Shown: piece by piece, positions 57,018-64,000 of the stretch | How positions within the stretch are numbered: the stretch's first letter is position 1 | Layout of the letters: each line of letters starts with the position of its first letter | Assembly (NCBI GenBank): GCA_965223705.1 | Contig: OZ245015.1 | Span: 3,488,001-3,552,000, forward strand | Source: Myxococcota bacterium | GTDB lineage: Bacteria > Myxococcota_A > UBA9160 > UBA6930 | Direction of reading: 5' to 3' | Length of the DNA stretch: 64,000 nt | The notes under the pieces: model-generated | Told to the model about the DNA's origin: nothing | Seen by the model: the letters and a program-made list of their open reading frames with translations, nothing else | Databases searched by the model: none | Program-made: the position numbers and the translations under genes

Positions 57018-58073
57018 ATGCAAAGACTACGCGCGACTCGGCTCGCTATTTCGGTGTCGCTCTGGGCTCTAGCCGTTGCCACCCCGGTTTGGGCAGACCA
57101 GCCCGAAGACGCCTGGATCACGACCAAGGTGAAGATGGCGCTCTTGACCGACGAATACGTCAATGCGCTCGATATCAACGTGGACACCACCGACGGGAAG
57201 GTCACGCTGCACGGCGAGGCATCCACCGAGGACGAGAAGGCCCGCGCCGCTCGACGCGCCGGTGAGATCGCGGGAGTAGGCGATGTTCGCAATCTGATCG
57301 CGGTCATTCCCGACGAAGCGCGCGAAGCAACCTCGGTTGCCGATGAAGCCCTGGCCCAAGATGTCAAAGCAGCACTCGCTGCAGATCGTGCGCTCCAAGC
57401 GAGCGACGTCGACGTGAAGTCGGTCAACGACGGAGTCGTCGTCGTCGCCGGGAATGCGGAGACGCTGAGCGCGCACCACCGCGCGCTCGAAACAGCGCGT
57501 GAGGTCGACGGCGTACGTCAGGTCGCGAGCGAGATCGAGAGCCCCGACGAGCTCGGCGACGCCGAACTCTGGGAGGGGAACGACCCGTCGGACACTGCGA
57601 ACGACGTCGAGCGCTACGTATCGGACGCATGGCTCACGACGAAATCAAAGATGCAACTGATGACGGAAACGGGTCTCTCACCCCTCGCGATTAGCGTCGA
57701 TACATCGGCGGGCGTCGTTACGTTGTTTGGAATCGTCGAGGCCGAGGAAACGAAACAGCGCGCCGCCGCGACCGTCGCGCAGCTCGACGGCGTAAAAGAC
57801 GTCGAGAACTATCTGCAGGTCGTTCCCGATGTGGCGGCTGAGCGAATCGCGAAAACCGACGAGGATCTCGAAAAAGCGATTAGCGAGCGGGTCGCCGCGA
57901 GAGAATCGCTCGGCGACGCGAGCATCGACGTCGAGGTCAAGAATCGGGTGGCGCATGTCACGGGTACCGTGCAGAGCCAGCGAGATCGCCTGACGGTACT
58001 CACCCTGGCTCGAACGACGGACGGGATCGATTCGGTGGTCGACGGTCTCGACCTCGAGACCCCTGAGAGCTGA
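57018..58073 (+). CDS. Secreted BON-domain protein (OsmY-like, about four BON domains)
   Basis: Signal peptide ending VWA; repeated DAWITTKVK / DAWLTTKSK..V.V...GVVTL.G..V..V.N BON motifs. Confidence 0.9.
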   Translation: MQRLRATRLAISVSLWALAVATPVWADQPEDAWITTKVKMALLTDEYVNALDINVDTTDGKVTLHGEASTEDEKARAARRAGEIAGVGDVRNLIAVIPDEAREATSVADEALAQDVKAALAADRALQASDVDVKSVNDGVVVVAGNAETLSAHHRALETAREVDGVRQVASEIESPDELGDAELWEGNDPSDTANDVERYVSDAWLTTKSKMQLMTETGLSPLAISVDTSAGVVTLFGIVEAEETKQRAAATVAQLDGVKDVENYLQVVPDVAAERIAKTDEDLEKAISERVAARESLGDASIDVEVKNRVAHVTGTVQSQRDRLTVLTLARTTDGIDSVVDGLDLETPES

Positions 58074-58087
58074 AAGGACGATCTCAC

Positions 58088-58240
58088 ATGGGAACCATAC
58101 TACTGATCATCTTGATTCTTCTTCTTGTGGGTGCACTCCCGGTATTTCCTCACAGTCGCAACTGGGGGTACGGCCCCACCGGTGGCGTCGGGTTGATCCT
58201 CGTCATCGTCATTGTTCTGGTCTTGATGGGTCGGCTCTAG
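58088..58240 (+). CDS. DUF3309 family small membrane protein (50 aa)
   Basis: Not in the ORF track. MGTILLIILILLLVGALPVFPHSRNWGYGPTGGVGLILVIVIVLVLMGRL matches the family pattern. Confidence 0.88.
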   Translation: MGTILLIILILLLVGALPVFPHSRNWGYGPTGGVGLILVIVIVLVLMGRL

Positions 58241-58267
58241 GCGGGCCGTCAATAGAGGAGCCATAGG

Positions 58268-58441
58268 ATGAGACGCGTATTGAATACGTTGATCTTGAGC
58301 CTCGGCCTGCTGGTCTTCGCCGCCACGCTCGGCGGTTGCGAAAGGCAAAGCAGCGATCTCGATGAAGCCGTCGAAGAGGTAAGAGACGAGGCCGAAGACC
58401 TGAAGGAAGAAATCGAGGACGAAATCGACGACAACACCTAG
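58268..58441 (+). CDS. Small acidic lipoprotein (57 aa)
   Basis: Not in the ORF track. MRRVLNTLILSLGLLVFAATLGGC-ERQSSDLDEAVEEVRDEAEDLKEEIEDEIDDNT has an LGGC lipobox. GAGGAG upstream. Confidence 0.78.
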   Translation: MRRVLNTLILSLGLLVFAATLGGCERQSSDLDEAVEEVRDEAEDLKEEIEDEIDDNT

Positions 58442-58522
58442 ACCGGGCCGCGGATACCCGCTCGCGTGAGACCTCGCCCTTGCGCGAGCGGGGGCGGTAT
58501 CATGACCTGGCGAGGAGGGTCG

Positions 58523-59368
58523 ATGATGTCAGTGCTCGCCGGTCCGCGTTTTGAGACGCGGCGCATCCTGCACGCCGGGGTCCCGGTCTGGGTCGAGGTC
58601 GCGGGGGACGCGCTCGTCCTTCCCGATGGGCGACGGGTCCCAGAGACGGACGCTATCTACTTAGCGCCCTGCGACCCCACGAAGATTCTCTGCATCCACC
58701 TGAACTACGAGTCGCGACGCATCGAGTTCCAGGCGCCCGAGCTCGTAACGCCCACTTACTTCCAGAAGCCCACGACGGCACTGAACGCCCACCGCGGCGA
58801 ATTGTGCCGCCCGGCGGACTGCCAGTACCTGAACTACGAGGGCGAAGTGGCGGCCGTAGTTGGGCGGCCGATGCGCAACGTCGCGCGCGACGACGTCTGG
58901 GATTTCCTCGCGGGCTTCGCGCCCGCGAACGACGTGGGTGCACACGACTTCCGCGACACCGATGCGGGATCGATGCTGCGCGTCAAGGGACAGGACGGGT
59001 TCTGCCCAATCGGGCCCGGCCTCGTGCGCGGCGTCGACGTGCGCGAGAGCACTCTGCGCACCTACCTAAACGGCGAGGTCGTGCAGGAGGGCAAGATCGC
59101 GGAGATGACCTTCCCTATCGACTACATCCTCGCCGACCTCTGCCGCCACATCACGCTCCTTCCGGGCGACGTCATCCTGACCGGTACGCCGGCGAACTCA
59201 CGCCCGATGGCGCTCGGCGACATCGTCGAAGTCGAGGTGACGGGCATCGGGCGTCTCGCCAACACCGTCGGCGAATCGCCGGCACCCACCCATGCGGTGG
59301 GGCACCAGCCCACCGATAGCAAGGGCGTACGCGCAGTCGCCCTCGGTAGCGACTTCCGCAAGGTCTGA
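58523..59368 (+). CDS. Fumarylacetoacetate hydrolase family protein (HpaG-like)
   Basis: KILCIHLNY, FQKP, NYEGE, ANDV, KGQDGFCPIGP, GDVILTGTP. Confidence 0.92.
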   Translation: MMSVLAGPRFETRRILHAGVPVWVEVAGDALVLPDGRRVPETDAIYLAPCDPTKILCIHLNYESRRIEFQAPELVTPTYFQKPTTALNAHRGELCRPADCQYLNYEGEVAAVVGRPMRNVARDDVWDFLAGFAPANDVGAHDFRDTDAGSMLRVKGQDGFCPIGPGLVRGVDVRESTLRTYLNGEVVQEGKIAEMTFPIDYILADLCRHITLLPGDVILTGTPANSRPMALGDIVEVEVTGIGRLANTVGESPAPTHAVGHQPTDSKGVRAVALGSDFRKV

Positions 59369-59387
59369 TCCACAAGGGAGTAGAGCC

Positions 59388-60284
59388 ATGGCCGTGACCG
59401 AACTCGGTTACCTAAGCATCGGCGTCAAGAGCATCGCGCAATGGAAGGAGTTCGCGGCGGGGATCCTCGGGCTCGAAGTCGTCGACGATGGCGAGCCCGG
59501 GCGCTGCTACCTGCGAATGGACTACTGGCACCACCGCATCGTCGTCGAGGAAGACGGGAGCGACGACCTCCTCGCCTGCGGCCTTCGCGTAGCGGGCGCC
59601 GAGGAGTTTGGGGCAGTGCAGAAAACGCTCGCGGACGCCGGCATCGCTTACCGAGTGGCGAGCCGCCAAGAGGCCGACGAACGTCGAGTACTCGAGATGA
59701 TGCGTCTCGAAGACCCGGCCGGAAATCCGATCGAGCTCTTCCACGGACCGCTGATCCAGCCGGACAAGCCCTTCTACCCCGGTCGCCGCATGCACGGGCG
59801 CTTCGTCACCGGCGACGGAGGGCTCGGCCACTGCATCTTGAATCACGCGGGCCTCGACGTCACGCACCGCTTCTACGGGCTACTCGGCATGCGCGGCGGG
59901 ATCGAGTACCGCGTCCCCGGCCCGGGTGGTACGCCGATGGACATCTTGTTTATGCACTGCAACACGCGCGATCACAGTGTGGCGTTCGGACCGCCGGGCG
60001 AGAAGCGCATTCACCACGTGATGCTCGAGGTCGACAACATGGACGACGTCGGGCTCGCCCACGAGATCGTCGAGCGCGAGAAGATCCCGATCGCGATCAC
60101 GCCAGGCAAGCACGCCAACGACCACATGTACTCGTTCTACGTCCTCAATCCGTCGGGCTGGATGTGCGAGATCGGCTGGGGCGGGCGTCCCGCGACGCAC
60201 CAGTCGGAATACTACGTGCGCGACACCTACGGCCATGACTTCCGCCCCGAGGTGACGCACCCTGATATGAGCGCCAAGTCATGA
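59388..60284 (+). CDS. Type I extradiol ring-cleavage dioxygenase (BphC/NahC/HsaC-like)
   Basis: ELGYL, YLRMDYWHHRI, GLGH, HCNTRDHS, HHVMLEV, GKHAND, SFY..PSGW..E.GWG. Confidence 0.93.
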   Translation: MAVTELGYLSIGVKSIAQWKEFAAGILGLEVVDDGEPGRCYLRMDYWHHRIVVEEDGSDDLLACGLRVAGAEEFGAVQKTLADAGIAYRVASRQEADERRVLEMMRLEDPAGNPIELFHGPLIQPDKPFYPGRRMHGRFVTGDGGLGHCILNHAGLDVTHRFYGLLGMRGGIEYRVPGPGGTPMDILFMHCNTRDHSVAFGPPGEKRIHHVMLEVDNMDDVGLAHEIVEREKIPIAITPGKHANDHMYSFYVLNPSGWMCEIGWGGRPATHQSEYYVRDTYGHDFRPEVTHPDMSAKS

Positions 60285-61759
60285 GGACCGTCGAGCGCCC
60301 CGAGGTTTCACCGCGTCAGCACTTCATCGGGGGCACGTTTTGTTCCGCTCGCTCGGGGGCGACCTTCGACGCGGTAGATCCGGCGACGGAATCGGTCACC
60401 ACGACGGCGGCGCGCGGCGATGCCGCCGACATCGACGCCGCCGTCGGTGCCGCCCGAGCAGCCTTTGACGACGGCGCGTGGTCCCGGGCGAAGCCCGCGT
60501 TCCGGCGCGAGGTGATGTTCAAAGCGGCCGACCTGATGGAGGCGCGCTCCGACGAGATCATTCGACTCCAGGCGCTCGAGATGGGCGCCCCCCTCGGTCC
60601 CGAAACGAAAGGACCGCACCCGGTGATCGCGCGGTCGGCGTGGAACTTTCGCTTCTTCGCCGAGGAGCAGGAGCTCGCGGGCAACGAGTCGTTCAACCGC
60701 GATGACTCTCTCCTCACCTACACGATGCGGGATCCGGCCGGCGTGTTCGCGCTGATCACTCCGTGGAACGGTCCCTTCATGCTCTCGACCTGGAAAATGG
60801 CGCCCTGCCTCGCCTACGGGAATTCCGCCGTCCACAAACCGTCCGAACTCTCGCCGCTCTCCATCCAAGTGCTTTGCGAGATCTTTCTCGAAGCGGGTCT
60901 TCCCGAAGGCGTGTACAACATGGTGCAAGGCTACGGGGCCGAGGCCGGCGCGCCTCTCGTCGAGCACCCAGACGTTGCGGGCGTCTCCTTCACGGGATCG
61001 CCCGCGACGGCGCGCGACATCGCAGGGCGGGTGGCGACATCTCTCAAACGCACGTCCTTTGAGCTCGGCGGCAAGTCCGCGAACATCGTTTTCGCCGACA
61101 CCGATCTCAAAAGGGCCGTCCCGGCTGCCGCGATGTCGATCTTCATGAACTCGGGTCAGGCCTGCATCGCGGGCTCGCGCATCTTGGTGCAGCGACCGAT
61201 TCTCGACGAATTCCTCGCGGGCTTCGAGAAGGCCGCTGCGACGTGGAAGCCCGGGGATCCCTTCGACCGTTCGACGCGCTTGGGCCCGCTCGTCGCGAAA
61301 CGACAGCACGAGCGCATCCAGGGCTACCTCGATCTGGCCCGGGAAGAAGGGCGCATTCTGTTCGGCGGCGGGCGACCCGCGGGTCTCGACCGGGGCTACT
61401 TCGTCGAGCCGACCTGCATCGTCGACGCCGGGAACAGTGCGCGCATCTGCCAAGAGGAGATCTTCGGCCCGGTCGCCGTGGTGATGCCCTTCGATGACGC
61501 CGACGACGCGCTGCGGATCGCGAACGATTCGAGCTACGGGCTCGCGGGGTACATCTGGACGGACTCGCAATCGACGGGACACTACGTGAGTCAGCGCCTT
61601 CAGACCGCAATGATCTGGATCAACGCCGGCTTCGATCGCGATCTGCGCCAACCCTTCGGCGGACTCAAGGACAGCGGGCTGGGACGCGAGGGTGGTCAGT
61701 ACAGCCGCGAGTTCTACACCGACACACGCTTCACGTCGTTCCCCCTCGTTCCGCGCTGA
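60281..61759 (+). CDS. Aldehyde dehydrogenase (2-hydroxymuconic semialdehyde dehydrogenase-like)
   Basis: ITPWN, FTGS, ELGGKS, GQACIAGSR, EEIFGPV, DLRQPFGG. Confidence 0.92.
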   Translation: MRTVERPEVSPRQHFIGGTFCSARSGATFDAVDPATESVTTTAARGDAADIDAAVGAARAAFDDGAWSRAKPAFRREVMFKAADLMEARSDEIIRLQALEMGAPLGPETKGPHPVIARSAWNFRFFAEEQELAGNESFNRDDSLLTYTMRDPAGVFALITPWNGPFMLSTWKMAPCLAYGNSAVHKPSELSPLSIQVLCEIFLEAGLPEGVYNMVQGYGAEAGAPLVEHPDVAGVSFTGSPATARDIAGRVATSLKRTSFELGGKSANIVFADTDLKRAVPAAAMSIFMNSGQACIAGSRILVQRPILDEFLAGFEKAAATWKPGDPFDRSTRLGPLVAKRQHERIQGYLDLAREEGRILFGGGRPAGLDRGYFVEPTCIVDAGNSARICQEEIFGPVAVVMPFDDADDALRIANDSSYGLAGYIWTDSQSTGHYVSQRLQTAMIWINAGFDRDLRQPFGGLKDSGLGREGGQYSREFYTDTRFTSFPLVPR

Positions 61760-61782
61760 TCGAGCGGCCTCCCCTTTGCGCC

Positions 61783-62275
61783 CTAGTGGTCGACGTAGCG
61801 CCGCTCCTTCAGCAGGTGCTCTGCGAGGTTGAGCATCGCGCTAGCCCTTTTCGCGTCGGCCTCGTGATCCCGCGACGGCGGTGCGGGGCGAGTCTCGGAG
61901 TCACACACGACGAAAGTCTCCAACCGCTCGGGCAGCATTACCGTCAATCGGTCATCGACACGAGCAGCGTAGAGTTGCTTGCGGTAGATGAGCGGCGCGA
62001 GGTGTGGCACATCGTCGGAAGCGAGCACGCGAGCCCCAGCAAAACCGGACCCATCGTGAGGTACTGGGCGCCGATCGTCGCATGCAGTTCGCGGTCGAGG
62101 GCGTATTCGTCGCAAGGCCTTCCCGCAGATGGCTGTAGCCCAGGAGCGAAACGCGGGACACAAAGAGCGTAAACAGGAGAGCAGCCCAGAGGCGGAGAAA
62201 TGGGATCAGCCGCCCGCTGGCGCTCCGCAAGGTGGCCGAGAGCCACGGAAGAAATCCGCGAACCAGACTCTTCAT
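61783..62275 (-). pseudogene. Degraded membrane protein gene, possibly an LTA-synthase/sulfatase family remnant
   Basis: Three frame-shifted pieces: N-terminal TM (..LWAALLFTLFVSRVSLL), EYALDRELHATIGAQYLTMGPVLLGLA, and C-terminal ..LYAARVDDRLTVMLPE..AEHLLKERRY. Lies immediately after the TPR gene. Confidence 0.45.
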
Positions 62276-62288
62276 GCGGCCTCGGGAG

Positions 62289-62948
62289 TCAGCCCTTGCG
62301 CTCGATCCGAGCCAGTTTGTCTCGAGCTTCGGCGCGTCGTCCGGCGTCGGCCAGCGGACGTTGGGGACGGTCGGACGCTTTCAGGGCACGCTCGAGATGG
62401 CGTCGAGCGAGATCGTATCGCTCCTGCTCGAGCCAGTAGTCGCCGAGGAAGAAGTTGGCATCGATGCCGTCTGGAGAAAGCGCTACCGCCTTCTCGAGAT
62501 ACTCGAGCGCCAGCTGTTTGTCTCCGAAGCCGAGGGGGTAACCGGGCACCATGTAGTAGAGGGATCCCAAGGTCGTGTAGACCGAGCCATCGAGCGCTGT
62601 CGGGTCGATCGCTTCGGCCTCGAGCAGCAGGTCCCTCGCTCGGGTCACCTCGGGCAGCGCCGAAAAGAGTGACTGAATCCTTCCCATCGACCCGGCGTAG
62701 CTCGCCCGAGCGATCGCCTCCCAGATTTTCGCCTCAGCGCGATCCGGGTGACTTGCGCGGAGGGTCGAGACCTCCTGTACGAGCGCTTCGAAACGGTCGG
62801 CCTGCTTCGTTTTCGGCGTTTCGTATTTGATGGAGGCCCAGTCGCGCATGATGGACTGAAGGGACGAGTCGAAGTCTTTGGAAGCGGACGCATAGTCCGC
62901 CGCCCCCAGCACGAGGCATGTGGTCAGGCAAACGGTTATCCGAAGCAT
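62289..62948 (-). CDS. Secreted tetratricopeptide-repeat protein
   Basis: Signal peptide; WASIKY, ALDGSVYTTLGSLYYMVPGYPLGFGD, PDGIDANFFLGDY, RPLADAGR. AGGAG RBS before ATG 62948. Confidence 0.85.
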   Translation of the reverse strand: MLRITVCLTTCLVLGAADYASASKDFDSSLQSIMRDWASIKYETPKTKQADRFEALVQEVSTLRASHPDRAEAKIWEAIARASYAGSMGRIQSLFSALPEVTRARDLLLEAEAIDPTALDGSVYTTLGSLYYMVPGYPLGFGDKQLALEYLEKAVALSPDGIDANFFLGDYWLEQERYDLARRHLERALKASDRPQRPLADAGRRAEARDKLARIERKG

Positions 62949-62956
62949 TGTGACTC

Positions 62957-63361
62957 CTAGAGTTGAAAGAGAGACGGTCTGAACCAGACGCTCGAAAGGG
63001 TCACCCCGCACAGTACGAGCAGCGGCGACAGGCTCGTCGTCCAGGGATCGTGGAGGAGATGTGTTCCCACCGCGCCGATCAGCACGACGGCGAGGAGCAA
63101 CGCTCCCAGAAAGCAAGTCGACGGAGCGACGAGGAGTATCGCACCGACGATTTGCGCCAGCGCAGTCGCGATACGAAACCAGTCGGGGTAACCCCAGCGC
63201 CGGAAGTCCGCGACCAGTTCCGGGTTGCCCGATAGGTTCTGGTAGGCCAGGTAGACGAAGAACAGCGTCAGCAGCAATCGACCCGCTGTCGTGGCGAGCA
63301 CGAGCGATGACGTCAGCCCTTCTCCGTTCCAAAGGAGCGCGCGCACACTTTCCATGCTCAC
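62957..63361 (-). CDS. DoxX-like membrane protein
   Basis: FRRWGYPDWF..QIVGAILL..IGAVGTHL. Confidence 0.8.
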   Translation of the reverse strand: MSMESVRALLWNGEGLTSSLVLATTAGRLLLTLFFVYLAYQNLSGNPELVADFRRWGYPDWFRIATALAQIVGAILLVAPSTCFLGALLLAVVLIGAVGTHLLHDPWTTSLSPLLVLCGVTLSSVWFRPSLFQL

Positions 63362-64000
63362 TCCGCCTCGAGCCCAAAGCGCTCGACGATGGCCGACCTC
63401 GCGAAGGGCCGGGTCTCGTCGTTCTGGCGGCGGAGTGCCCTGTCGACCCAGCGCGGGAGAAGTGCGTTGACTCGGACGAAGAAGCTCTCGGGAAAGCCGA
63501 CGTAGGTCTCGGGCCTCCGGGAGTCCATCGCGGTGACGATGGCCTGCGCCACTTTCGACGGGTCGTCCATCCGCATCCCGACGTGCTCCGCCATGCGACC
63601 GAATTGCGTGGCGAGCTTCGTACGCGTCGCCCGCGGCGCCACGTAGCAGACACTGATCCCGCTGCCGTGAAGCTCGCGGCGCAACGCTTCCGAGAACCCG
63701 CGCATCGCGAACTTCGTGGCCGAGTAGGTCGTGAAGTAGGCAAAGCCAATCGAGCCGAAGATCGATCCGACGTTCACGATCGTTCCGCTCCTCCGATGCC
63801 GCATTCCCGAGAGGACGGCGCGGCTGAGGACGATCGGAGCGAGGACGTTGACCCGGAATTCAGTCTCGACCGCTTCTTCGGGAAGAGCTTCCAGTGGGCT
63901 GAAGTTCAACGTGCCGGCATTGTTGATGAGGATGTCCGGAGGATCGTCGGTGAGCGCTTCGCACAGTCGGTCGCGAGCGGCAGCGTCTGCGAGATCGCAC
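63358..64000 (-). CDS. SDR oxidoreductase; 5' part lies beyond the window end
   Basis: Frame is open to the window edge: DILINNAG, GSIFGSIG, YSATK, YVAPRATRT. Confidence 0.9.
   Translation of the reverse strand, partial: CDLADAAARDRLCEALTDDPPDILINNAGTLNFSPLEALPEEAVETEFRVNVLAPIVLSRAVLSGMRHRRSGTIVNVGSIFGSIGFAYFTTYSATKFAMRGFSEALRRELHGSGISVCYVAPRATRTKLATQFGRMAEHVGMRMDDPSKVAQAIVTAMDSRRPETYVGFPESFFVRVNALLPRWVDRALRRQNDETRPFARSAIVERFGLEAE

Noticed and set aside
58100..58437. Minus-strand ORFs 58100-58348 and 58249-58437
   Set aside because: They are antisense to the DUF3309 and lipoprotein genes, which have clear family features and RBSs.
1..64000. CRISPR arrays, tRNA/rRNA, IS/transposases, integrases, prophage or defence systems
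   Set aside because: By eye I found no spaced direct-repeat array, RNA gene signature or recombinase motif. The Cro-like domain at 32063 has no phage genes around it. A covariance-model scan was not possible.

Overview
High-GC bacterial DNA, densely packed with catabolic and oxidative enzyme genes. It holds six cytochromes P450, two Baeyer-Villiger monooxygenases, LLM/NtaA/HsaA-type flavin or F420 monooxygenases, several SDRs, amidohydrolases, CoA-metabolism enzymes (acyl-CoA ligases, ACAD, crotonase, CoA-transferase III, an Ltp2/DUF35 pair), a CoxLMS-like molybdo-flavoenzyme, two tandem limonene-epoxide-hydrolase paralogs and a meta-cleavage cassette. It also carries a GT-C/DPM1-GtrA glycosylation pair, a putative sigma54-driven BON/DUF3309/lipoprotein cluster and the tail of an SDR-DoxX-TPR cluster. 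The gene style suggests a Myxococcota/Binatota-like degrader of lipids, steroids or aromatics; this is inference only. I recognised no rRNA, tRNA, CRISPR array or transposase. Main candidates for novelty: (1) a Cro-like HTH fused to a SAM-methyltransferase fold, directly upstream of a metF-like gene and preceded by two palindromes, possibly a SAM/SAH-sensing regulator; (2) a Vibrio HapR/SmcR-like TetR inside a P450 / Tat-exported SnoaL / P450 / BVMO operon; (3) an AraC-linked LEH-LEH-BVMO-ferritin-like-cupin-LLM operon. Four deletion-scarred gene remnants and two single-base frameshifts are also visible. All family calls come from motif recognition, not database searches.
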